NCBI GenBank assembly: GCA_028864955.1
Contig: JAGWLE010000001.1
Coordinates: 1-27,306, forward strand
Length of the DNA: 27,306 nt
Direction of reading: 5' to 3'
Source: Patescibacteria group bacterium
GTDB taxonomy: Bacteria > Patescibacteriota > Minisyncoccia > Phycocordibacterales > PALSA-1337
Under the pieces are notes generated by a model, which was given only the letters and a program-made list of their open reading frames with translations, was not told the origin of the DNA and did not search any database. Position 1 is the first letter of the stretch; each line of letters opens with the position of its first letter. This document shows, piece by piece, positions 15,343-22,431 of the stretch. A program made the translations under genes and the position numbers.

Positions 15343-15885
15343 ATGAAATGTTTCATTATCGCCGCCCTGACCGCCGACGGCTATATCGCCAAGGATGAGC
15401 GCCATCCGGCGTTCTGGAGCAGTAAAGAAGACAAGAAGCGTTTTGTGGAACTGACCAAGCGAGCCGGCGTCGTGGTCATGGGCTCGACGACATTCGCTAC
15501 CCTGCCGCGACCGCTCAAGGAACGCGTCAACATCGTCTATTCGCGGACAAAGACGTTTGAGGGCGCGGAGTCGACAGAGAAGGATCCAAAGGCGCTCCTG
15601 GCGGATCTGGAAATCCGCGGTTTCAAGGAAGTCGCTATCTGCGGCGGCGCCCAGGTATACACCATGTTCATGAAGGCCGGCGTTGTCGACCAGCTGTACC
15701 TCACCGTCGAGCCGCTGGTATTCGGCAGCGGCGTGCGATTATTCAATGACGACATGCTTTACCAACTCAAACTCATGAATTCGAGCGTCACCGAGAATGG
15801 CTCGGTCATGCTCGAATACGCGGTGCATCACGGACCGCAAAAAACCGAGTCAAGCGGCGTGCTCGTCGAGGAGAGAACTATATAG
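15343..15885 (+). CDS. folA: Dihydrofolate reductase
   Basis: IAALTADGYIA, W...ED...F, VVMGSTTF..LPRPL..RVNIVYSR, ICGGAQVY..F and LYLTV. Confidence 0.93.
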   Translation: MKCFIIAALTADGYIAKDERHPAFWSSKEDKKRFVELTKRAGVVVMGSTTFATLPRPLKERVNIVYSRTKTFEGAESTEKDPKALLADLEIRGFKEVAICGGAQVYTMFMKAGVVDQLYLTVEPLVFGSGVRLFNDDMLYQLKLMNSSVTENGSVMLEYAVHHGPQKTESSGVLVEERTI

Positions 15886-15895
15886 ATACGACGGA

Positions 15896-16318
15896 TTATT
15901 TCACGTCGACACCCATCTGTCTGGCCGTGCCGGCAATGATGCGTGAGGCGGCATCGAGGTCGTTGGCATTGAGATCTTGCATCTTCTTTTCGGCGATCTC
16001 TCTGATCTGAGCCTTGGTGATCGTGCCGACTTTCGAGGTATTCGGCTTGCCGGAACCCTTCTCTTTCTTGATAGCCTTGAGAATCAGGCTCGAAGCCGGC
16101 GGCGTCTTGAGTTTGAAATCATACGTACGGTCCTCGTAGACGGAGATGACGACCGGGATCATGTCGCCGATCTTGTCCTTGGTGGCGTCATTGAACTTCT
16201 TGGTGAAGTCGCCGATATTGACGCCGGCCTGGCCCAATGTCGGGCCCAAAGGCGGCGCCGGCGTAGCTTTGCCCGCAGGAGCGATGACTTTTACTTTTTT
16301 GACGACTTTCTTAGCCAT
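15896..16318 (-). CDS. rplK: 50S ribosomal protein uL11
   Basis: [49 protein letters not shown] and IAGTARQMG. Confidence 0.99.
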   Translation of the reverse strand: MAKKVVKKVKVIAPAGKATPAPPLGPTLGQAGVNIGDFTKKFNDATKDKIGDMIPVVISVYEDRTYDFKLKTPPASSLILKAIKKEKGSGKPNTSKVGTITKAQIREIAEKKMQDLNANDLDAASRIIAGTARQMGVDVK

Positions 16319-16335
16319 GGAATTGATGTGTGGTG

Positions 16336-16364
16336 ATAGTACTGTATGTTGGACTAATTATCAA
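16336..16364 (-). promoter_or_regulatory. Internal sigma70-type promoter for rplK, TTGATA-N17-TACTAT
   Basis: -35 at 16359-16364 and -10 at 16336-16341, in the nusG-rplK gap. Confidence 0.6.
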
Positions 16365-16373
16365 GAAAGAAGT

Positions 16374-16919
16374 CTATACTTTCTTGACCTGCAAGAAATC
16401 GAGCTCGACGGGAGTTTCGCGGCCGAACATGGAGACGAGAACCTTGATCTTACCGCGCTGAGTATCGACTTCAGCGACCTTGCCCTCGAAATCCTTGAAT
16501 GGGCCGTCGGAAACCTTGATCAGGTCACCTGCCGAAAGATTGATAGCGTGTTCGGTCTCGCCCTTCTGCATGCGGGCAAAGAGGGATTCGACCTCTTTTT
16601 GATCCAGCGGCACCGGCGAGACGCCGGCACCGACAAAACCGGTCACGCGCGGCGTGTTACGCACCACGTACCAGCTGTCATCTGTCACGATCATGTCGAC
16701 AAGCACGTAACCGGGGTAGATTTTCTCCTCTTCCTCGACGCGCTTGCCCCCTTTGACCTTGATCTTCTTCTCGGTCGGCACGATAACCGCGAAGATCTTA
16801 TCCTCCATGCCCAAGGATTCGATGCGCTGTTTCAAATTGCGCGCGACCGCGTTTTCATAACCCGCGTACGTATGTATCGCGTACCAATTGCGCTCGCCGG
16901 TTGTATGCTGTTTGGTCAT
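16374..16919 (-). CDS. nusG: Transcription termination/antitermination factor NusG
   Basis: WYAIHTYAGYE..V, KIYPGYVLVDM, VRNTPRVTGFVG, KOW motif GPFKDFEG.V.EV and VSMFGRETPVEL. Start set at ATG 16919; the longer ORF begins inside the repeat hairpin. Confidence 0.98.
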   Translation of the reverse strand: MTKQHTTGERNWYAIHTYAGYENAVARNLKQRIESLGMEDKIFAVIVPTEKKIKVKGGKRVEEEEKIYPGYVLVDMIVTDDSWYVVRNTPRVTGFVGAGVSPVPLDQKEVESLFARMQKGETEHAINLSAGDLIKVSDGPFKDFEGKVAEVDTQRGKIKVLVSMFGRETPVELDFLQVKKV

Positions 16920-16928
16920 GGATGGTGG

Positions 16929-16977
16929 CAAGTTGCAGGTCACAAGTCAGACGTTGTCACTTGTTACCTGCGACGTG
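16929..16977. repeat. Inverted heptamer array forming a hairpin between secE and nusG
   Basis: caagttg caggtca caagtca gacgttg tcacttg ttacctg cgacgtg. Arms GCAGGTCACAAGT (16935-16947) and ACTTGTTACCTGC (16959-16971) pair at 12 of 13 positions. Confidence 0.85.
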
Positions 16978-16980
16978 CTA

Positions 16981-17160
16981 CTAAAATAGAAGAGTCAGAA
17001 GTTTAGAGAAGACAAAATCAGAAAGTCCGAGGAGGGCGGCCGTAGCCAGCGACACCAGGATGACCAACGTCGTAAAGCGCACCGTCTGTTCGCGCGACGG
17101 CCAATTGACGTGTGTAAGTTCGGTCCTCGTCTCTTTGATATAATCGCTAACTGAAGCCAT
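16981..17160 (-). CDS. secE: Preprotein translocase subunit SecE
   Basis: Below the ORF-track cutoff. Manual translation: MASVSDYIKETRTELTHVNWPSREQTVRFTTLVILVSLATAALLGLSDFVFSKLLTLLF (59 aa), with the EL..V.WP motif and one TM helix. SD AAAGGA; upstream of nusG. Confidence 0.97.
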   Translation of the reverse strand: MASVSDYIKETRTELTHVNWPSREQTVRFTTLVILVSLATAALLGLSDFVFSKLLTLLF

Positions 17161-17180
17161 ATATAATCCTTTGTTTTATT

Positions 17181-17201
17181 AAAAAACCCCGACCGGGGAT
17201 T
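17181..17201 (-). terminator. Terminator-like hairpin in the secE leader
   Basis: Minus strand AATCCCC-GGTC-GGGG-TTTTTT, between the predicted promoter and the secE SD. Confidence 0.5.
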
Positions 17202-17213
17202 CACTGTGATTAC

Positions 17214-17242
17214 ACCATATACCCTTTCTCGTTAGAAGTCAA
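17214..17242 (-). promoter_or_regulatory. Sigma70-type promoter TTGACT-N17-TATGGT for secE-nusG
   Basis: -35 at 17237-17242 and -10 at 17214-17219. Confidence 0.6.
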
Positions 17243-17302
17243 TGGCTGTCCGGCAGCACTGAAACTCCGCGACCTCACGGTCGGGGGTATATGAGCGCGA
17301 CT

Positions 17303-17336
17303 AAAAGAAAAAGGCGCAGCCGCAAAGGCTGCGCCT
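17303..17336 (-). terminator. Intrinsic terminator downstream of ORF 17366..17902
   Basis: Perfect 10-bp stem AGGCGCAGCC / GGCTGCGCCT, 5-nt loop, followed on the minus strand by TTTTCTTTT. Confidence 0.85.
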
Positions 17337-17365
17337 GTGTACAGAGGCAGAAGCTTCAGAAACGC

Positions 17366-17902
17366 CTAGTGGAACTCATACCTTTCGGCATACGTGTTCG
17401 GCCGGCAGGCCGGCGTTGACGCCCTGTGGAAATAGTGTCTCTGCAGAGAGTCGGCCACGGCCAAGGCATAGCCCCGCGGACTGAAATTCTCCCGTAGAAA
17501 ATACATGTATTCCGTGACACACTGGTTGCGATCGGCGACCAGCTCGATTGGATTCTCGGCCGGCGAGAAAACATGATAGAGGAAAACAGCAAGCGGCAGA
17601 CGAATGCCAGCCGACAGCCGCGATGGTCGCACGTCCAGGCGCAAACGGGGGTGGAAACGATCAACGTCGGCGATAACCAAGGCTACCGCCGTGCCATCGT
17701 TGACCCATTCATGGCCGGCCTGGCCAGAAATCAAGCCGGGATACGGTTCAACAGCTTCTATCGTGAAGCCGCTGATCGACATGAGCCTCCCGTCATCGCT
17801 GCCGGAAAGCTCGCGTTGAAGTATGCCGAGAAATTCACCGATCTGCCCGGCTCCGTTACCTGCCGTCGTAGCGCCGGCATATACATATAGTTTTTTTCTC
17901 AT
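17366..17902 (-). CDS. Hypothetical protein (178 aa)
   Basis: ORF bracketed by its own promoter and terminator. No recognisable family; faint nucleoside-deoxyribosyltransferase-like topology only. Confidence 0.6.
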   Translation of the reverse strand: MRKKLYVYAGATTAGNGAGQIGEFLGILQRELSGSDDGRLMSISGFTIEAVEPYPGLISGQAGHEWVNDGTAVALVIADVDRFHPRLRLDVRPSRLSAGIRLPLAVFLYHVFSPAENPIELVADRNQCVTEYMYFLRENFSPRGYALAVADSLQRHYFHRASTPACRPNTYAERYEFH

Positions 17903-17922
17903 AATTCAGTTGTCCGCAGACG

Positions 17923-17951
17923 ACTATACCTGAAGGCGCCGCCGCGATCAA
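17923..17951 (-). promoter_or_regulatory. Sigma70-type promoter TTGATC-N17-TATAGT
   Basis: -35 at 17946-17951 and -10 at 17923-17928, 20 nt before the ATG at 17902. Confidence 0.65.
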
Positions 17952-18000
17952 GCATGACCAGGGCGCTTTACATTGGCCGGCGGGACCAAGAGTTTCCCGC

Positions 18001-18792
18001 CTACCGGATCTCGTAGGTGATCTCCACGTTGTCGGTAACTTTCTGTTCACCGGTGCTGATATCCGGTGCCGGCGCGGCCGTCGGCGCGGAGGCGGCACTC
18101 ATGCTGTTCAAACCGTAAACGACCGGCGCGCGTACGCCGTTATTTTCCGAGAATGACACCACGCTGCCCAAACTGACGCCAAGTTCTTTGGCCAATTCAT
18201 CAGCCTTGGATTGAGCGTTGGCAATCGCTTTAGATCGCGCCTCGGCGTTGACCGTCTCCGGATTGTCAACAGAAAATGATAAACCGTTGACGTTTTGGAC
18301 CCCGAGCGCGCCGATCGCCGAGAATAAGGTGCCTGCCTGAGACAGATCCCGGACTTTGATTTCGGTCGTCTGACTGACATCATAGCCGGTGAGCACAGAT
18401 TTTCCAGGAGGACAGAAGCCGTTCATCTGACAGGTTGCTGTCTGATATTCATAATGCGGGTTGATGGAATATGAGGTTGTCTGGATGTCCGTATCTGCCA
18501 CGCCGGCGTCCTTCATAGCTTTGATAGCCGCGTTATTCTTGGCGGTAGCGGCCGATTGGGCATCCGCCACGGTTTTAGCCGTCTCAGTCACAGTGAAGGA
18601 AAAGGTAGCCACGTCGGGAATTGCCACGGCGTCGCCACTGCCGTCGACGGTAATAGTATTCGTGACGTTCGGATTTGCGCCAACATAGCCGATCGACTTG
18701 ATCTCTTTGACGATATATACGACAGCCAAAACCGTAAGCACGCCGATGAGGCCCATCAGGGCATTCCAGAAACGTTGAGGAGTTGAAGTCAT
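18001..18792 (-). CDS. SIMPL domain (DUF541/BP26-like) membrane-anchored protein
   Basis: N-terminal TM helix, ITVDGSG.AVAIPDVATFSF.V, IQTTSYSINP.Y, GY.VSQT..IKVRDL, AR.KAIANAQSKA.ELA..LGV.LG.VVS.SE and GEQKVT.NV.ITYEI. Confidence 0.92.
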   Translation of the reverse strand: MTSTPQRFWNALMGLIGVLTVLAVVYIVKEIKSIGYVGANPNVTNTITVDGSGDAVAIPDVATFSFTVTETAKTVADAQSAATAKNNAAIKAMKDAGVADTDIQTTSYSINPHYEYQTATCQMNGFCPPGKSVLTGYDVSQTTEIKVRDLSQAGTLFSAIGALGVQNVNGLSFSVDNPETVNAEARSKAIANAQSKADELAKELGVSLGSVVSFSENNGVRAPVVYGLNSMSAASAPTAAPAPDISTGEQKVTDNVEITYEIR

Positions 18793-18841
18793 GTTATATA
18801 GATAAGATTATATTGTAATGCCTTGATTGTAGCGCACATAG

Positions 18842-19702
18842 CTAGAGATACAAATCCAGCAAATTCTCGAAAAGAGACACGACCGTCATGGGTCCAACGC
18901 CGCCAGGCACCGGCGTGATGGCAGCCACGATGTTCCTGACTGCCTCAAAATCAACATCACCGACAAGTTTCCTGCCCTCGATCTCGTCATCAAGCTTGTC
19001 GCCTAAAACGGTATTTATGCCGACATCGATGATGGTTTGTCCGGTCCGAACATGCTCTTTGCCAACCAAGCCCGGCTTGCCGGCGGCAGCGATAACGATA
19101 TCCGCGGCGGCAGTGATCCTCGACAAATCGGGCGTCTGACTATGACAGACTGTGACTGTGGCATTCTCGGCGAGGCACATCGCCATGATCGGCTTGCCGA
19201 CGAGCATGGAGCGGCCGATGACGGCGGCTTTTGCGCCGGAGAGCGGTATGCCATTTTGAGCGAGCAGCGTACGGATGCCGCGGGCCGTCGCCGGCATGAT
19301 GGCTCCCCTTTTTCCCTCGAGCCATTCCTTGACGCGTCTCGAGGTCAAAGCATCGACATCTTTCCGCGGATCGATCGCCTCGATCATCGCCGTCCGATCG
19401 ATGCCCGGCGGCAACGGCAATTGCACGATCAGCCCGTGAATAGCTTCATCGGCATTGCATGCCTCGATCACCGTCCGGAGGTCGGCTTGGCTGATCGTCT
19501 CGCTGACGTGGATATGCTTCACAGCCACGCCTATCTTGGCCGCGCATGATTTCTTGGCCTTGATGAAAGCAGTCGAATCAGGCCGATCGCCGGCCTGGAT
19601 GATCGCCAGCACTGGCGGTCGCGAAAGCGCCTTGACGCGTTCAGCCAACGTCGGCATGAGCGCGTCGCGGAGAGCGCGACCATCGATAATATGCGCATTC
19701 AT
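18842..19702 (-). CDS. folD: Bifunctional methylenetetrahydrofolate dehydrogenase/cyclohydrolase
   Basis: IIDGRAL, HGLIVQLPLP, IDPRKDVD, PATARGI..LL, VIGRSMLVGKP, VIDVG-like IIDVGIN, LVGDVDF and ITPVPGGVGPMTV. Confidence 0.96.
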   Translation of the reverse strand: MNAHIIDGRALRDALMPTLAERVKALSRPPVLAIIQAGDRPDSTAFIKAKKSCAAKIGVAVKHIHVSETISQADLRTVIEACNADEAIHGLIVQLPLPPGIDRTAMIEAIDPRKDVDALTSRRVKEWLEGKRGAIMPATARGIRTLLAQNGIPLSGAKAAVIGRSMLVGKPIMAMCLAENATVTVCHSQTPDLSRITAAADIVIAAAGKPGLVGKEHVRTGQTIIDVGINTVLGDKLDDEIEGRKLVGDVDFEAVRNIVAAITPVPGGVGPMTVVSLFENLLDLYL

Positions 19703-19734
19703 AGGATGGATGAGATTTTACCATAGCACGCATT

Positions 19735-19763
19735 TTGACATTTTGCATGTGCAGCGTTAGGCT
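19735..19763 (+). promoter_or_regulatory. Sigma70-type promoter TTGACA-N17-TAGGCT, divergent from folD
   Basis: TTGACA at 19735-19740 and TAGGCT at 19758-19763. Confidence 0.6.
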
Positions 19764-19781
19764 GTGGCAAGAATTTTGTTT

Positions 19782-20318
19782 ATGGACAACTCATCGAAGC
19801 ACGTCCGTCATATCCGCTTGCGAGAACGCAGGCACGGATACATGTATCTCACGCCGCACAGGCTCGTGCCTGATCCTGCATTCTTGGGCGAACTTGAACT
19901 CCGTCACAGAGACAGCTTTGTTCGCCTGTATTTCGATCTCTTTGAATCAGCTGCACCCTTCCGTTATACAGTCCGCACGTATCTCGACGAAGGCCGGACA
20001 TGCCTACGCCTGCAAGCCTTGATCGACTACGGATCGGGCTGCATAGAAGTAACCGGTCCTGTAGACGAAAAATTGACGCCGCGTGAAGTGCTGTATCTCC
20101 GCATCTTTCACACGCTCGCTTCCCTGGCTATCTTCGACGAACGACAGCCGTGGCAACGATACTGTCCGGAGGAGAAAAAAGCCAAGGTCTACATTATCCG
20201 AGAATGGACGCTTGAATCCTTCGCCAGCGCGATTCCCTTGAAGCAGGGGCTCTCATCCATCAATGGACGCTTCAAGATGGGGCTTCTGGTCCTTTTACTT
20301 AAGCCGCTCCTCGGCTAG
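19782..20318 (+). CDS. Hypothetical protein (178 aa)
   Basis: Fills the folD-methyltransferase gap and has an upstream promoter. Start moved to ATG 19782 because GTG 19764 abuts the -10 box. No recognisable motif. Confidence 0.55.
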   Translation: MDNSSKHVRHIRLRERRHGYMYLTPHRLVPDPAFLGELELRHRDSFVRLYFDLFESAAPFRYTVRTYLDEGRTCLRLQALIDYGSGCIEVTGPVDEKLTPREVLYLRIFHTLASLAIFDERQPWQRYCPEEKKAKVYIIREWTLESFASAIPLKQGLSSINGRFKMGLLVLLLKPLLG

Positions 20319-20340
20319 CCCGGACGGCCATTCCCCGCAT

Positions 20341-21198
20341 TTACGTTCGCGCCCAACGTGCGCATATACCCGCCGGCAATAGACGTCCGGCGGCTTTTTC
20401 TTTGATGGCCAGCTCCGCCGTCTCGATCGTGCCGGCATATGTATCCTGAAGAGGTAAAATGGCATTGCCATAGGCGGTAGCCGAGTATCCCGCAGCATAA
20501 CCGTTAACGAGGAAGAACAGCGGCTTCGGCACGAGTATCTTCAAACACTCGTCTATGAGCGGCAAGAGATGCTGCTCGATTTTCCAAAGCTCATTTTTTG
20601 GACCATGACCGAAAGCCGGCGGATCCATGATGATGCCGTCATACTGCCGGCCGCGTTTGATTTCGCGTTTGACGAATGTGTAGGCATCGTCAAGTATCCA
20701 GCGGATAGGCTTGGCCGCCAGCCCGGAAAGTTCGGCATTATCGCGCGCCCAGGCGATGGCGGCCTTCGAACCGTCGACGTGGACGACTTTGGCGCCGGCC
20801 TTGGCGCAAGAGAGCGTCGCGCCGCCGGTGTAACCAAATAAATTGAGAACTTCCACCGAGCGACGCCCGATCTTATCTTCAAGCCACCGCCAATTGGCGG
20901 CTTGTTCGGGAAAAATTCCTACATGTTTGAACGACGACGGCCGTATCCAGAATTTGAGACCGCTGTACGATAGTGGCCAGCGCTCGGGAATATCCTTGGC
21001 CAGCGACCAGCCGCTGCCAAAATGGCCGTCTGCCTTTTTCCATTCGGCCGGCGGCAATGTTTTGCGCCAGAGCGCCTGTGGATCGGGCCGAGACAGGATC
21101 CGCGCGCCAAACCGTTCGAGCTTTTGACTCTCGCCGCTATCGATGAGTTCATAGTCGGCGCTGGCTTCGGCCGCGAGGATTGATAAAGTCTTAGACAT
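20341..21198 (-). CDS. Class I SAM-dependent methyltransferase (RlmI/RlmK C-terminal-like, no PUA domain)
   Basis: YELIDSG...KLERFG...LSRPDPQA.W, KHVGIFPEQ, VLNLFGYTGGAT, HVDGSK.AI.WA and YDGIIMDPPAFG. SD GGAGGT 5 nt before ATG 21198; overlaps the VKOR stop. Confidence 0.9.
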   Translation of the reverse strand: MSKTLSILAAEASADYELIDSGESQKLERFGARILSRPDPQALWRKTLPPAEWKKADGHFGSGWSLAKDIPERWPLSYSGLKFWIRPSSFKHVGIFPEQAANWRWLEDKIGRRSVEVLNLFGYTGGATLSCAKAGAKVVHVDGSKAAIAWARDNAELSGLAAKPIRWILDDAYTFVKREIKRGRQYDGIIMDPPAFGHGPKNELWKIEQHLLPLIDECLKILVPKPLFFLVNGYAAGYSATAYGNAILPLQDTYAGTIETAELAIKEKAAGRLLPAGICARWART

Positions 21199-21715
21199 GA
21201 TTGACCTCCGAAGATGCTCCGCCGGGTCCATGTATCGCGTCGTCAGATGCGCCTTGTCCTGAATACTTCGAAAGAATGATAACTGTCAAAATAAAAAGTA
21301 TGGTCGTCATCGCGGCTGATCCCAGACAATAGGTACAGTAGGAATGGATGACGAAAGCCTGCAAGCAGAAGAACCAGAGCGATACCAGAAAGCCGATCAT
21401 AACCAGGGCGCAGGAAAGCCGGAACGGAGCGTCTTTTTTGCTTTCCAGATAGGCGAAAGCTCCTGCGGCCACCAGGAAATAGTATGCGGCGCCGAGAAGC
21501 GCGACCGGTATGCCGAGAACTGTGGCGTAAGCGCTGGTCAGGACCAGTTCACAGCCGCCCGTGATCGAACATGGCGGAATCGCATTTTTATAGTGTTCGA
21601 TGGTCAAGTATCCGGCGTCGGCGAAACCGACAACCGCGATGACGAGGAAAATCACGATCAGGCTACTGTGAACTTGACGAAGCGGCCGCGTCAATGAGCG
21701 CTTTAAATTGATCAT
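21191..21715 (-). CDS. Vitamin K epoxide reductase (VKOR) family protein
   Basis: Loop cysteines CSITGGCELVL.S.YA..LGIP, four hydrophobic helices and active-site CTYC. Confidence 0.93.
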   Translation of the reverse strand: MINLKRSLTRPLRQVHSSLIVIFLVIAVVGFADAGYLTIEHYKNAIPPCSITGGCELVLTSAYATVLGIPVALLGAAYYFLVAAGAFAYLESKKDAPFRLSCALVMIGFLVSLWFFCLQAFVIHSYCTYCLGSAAMTTILFILTVIILSKYSGQGASDDAIHGPGGASSEVNHV

Positions 21716-22313
21716 ACGATGGAGGATTAGTGATAACTTTGCCGTTCACGAAGAATGTCGGCGTCTGATCTATGCCGATGGCGATGCCGCCATCCTGATC
21801 GCTGGTGATAACGTCCCGCAACGTGCTCGATCCAATATCAGACGTGTACTCGGTCATATTGAGTCCGAGTTGCGCGGCGTAGCCGGCAAAAATACTGGAG
21901 GGATCATTCAGGTTGCTCCAAGCATCTTGGTTTTGATAGAGCAGGCTATACATCTCCCAGAATTTTCCCTGGACAGCCGCCGCCTCGGATGTCATAGCGG
22001 CAGCCATGGCGTTCTGGTGCTGCGATAACGGGAAGTGGCGAAAGACCAAGCGCATCGTCGACGATGATTCGGCGATCAGACGCTCAACTGTCGGATAGTA
22101 GTAACCGCAGGCCGGACACTGGAAATCGCCGTATTCGATGATGGTGACAGGCGCGTTTTGATTGCCGATAACATGATCGGCGGCCGTGACTGGCGGCGGC
22201 GCCGTGAGCTCGGCACCCGGACCCGGCTTGTTGAAAGCGGCGATCAGTCCCCAAACTATCAGACCGAGTATAATGACGAACCCGGCCCAAAAAATGATGC
22301 GTTTTGAATTCAT
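21663..22313 (-). CDS. Membrane-anchored DsbA-like thioredoxin-fold oxidoreductase
   Basis: N-terminal TM helix, IIEYGDFQCPACG (CxxC), VFRHFPL..H..A, GKFWEM...LY and cis-Pro loop QTPTFFVNG. Start set at ATG 22313, 7 nt after TACAAT. Confidence 0.93.
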   Translation of the reverse strand: MNSKRIIFWAGFVIILGLIVWGLIAAFNKPGPGAELTAPPPVTAADHVIGNQNAPVTIIEYGDFQCPACGYYYPTVERLIAESSSTMRLVFRHFPLSQHQNAMAAAMTSEAAAVQGKFWEMYSLLYQNQDAWSNLNDPSSIFAGYAAQLGLNMTEYTSDIGSSTLRDVITSDQDGGIAIGIDQTPTFFVNGKVITNPPSYDQFKALIDAAASSSSQ

Positions 22314-22398
22314 GTGCATGATTGTACAGAAGCGAACCAAAACGATCAAGTCGTTCGTATATCTAGCTTTCCCCGATAAATACCGAGGAAAAATCAAC

Positions 22399-22426
22399 TG
22401 TAATGTCTTATCCGCTAAGTCGTCTA
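22399..22426 (+). promoter_or_regulatory. Putative ECF-type autoregulatory promoter TGTAAT-N16-CGTCTA
   Basis: Resembles ECF promoter consensus (TGTAAC-like -35, CGTC-containing -10); ends 5 nt before the sigma ATG. Confidence 0.55.
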
Positions 22427-22431
22427 TCACC

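Noticed and set aside
16146-17006. Long antisense ORFs (this 286-aa one; also 8059..8571, 10331..10885, 19037..19549 and similar)
   Set aside because: Shadows of well-conserved genes on the opposite strand; no motifs or initiation signals.
16995-17204. 69-aa ORF from the track upstream of nusG
   Set aside because: Wrong frame; the overlapping 59-aa frame 16981..17160 is clearly SecE.
17243-17302. tRNA-Trp, often found upstream of secE
   Set aside because: Only a CGACC-GTGA-GGTCG hairpin (17270-17283); no cloverleaf, no T-loop GTTCRA, no acceptor stem.
17978-18001. Hairpin GGCGGGA/TCCCGCC after the SIMPL stop as a terminator
   Set aside because: A 7-bp stem is present but there is no U-tract on either strand; at most a stability element.
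21663-21715. Programmed frameshift producing a DsbA-VKOR fusion at TTTAAAG
   Set aside because: The heptamer fits a -1 shift from the VKOR frame into the DsbA tail, the wrong direction. A +1 fusion would place the VKOR N-terminus outside the membrane, inverting its topology.
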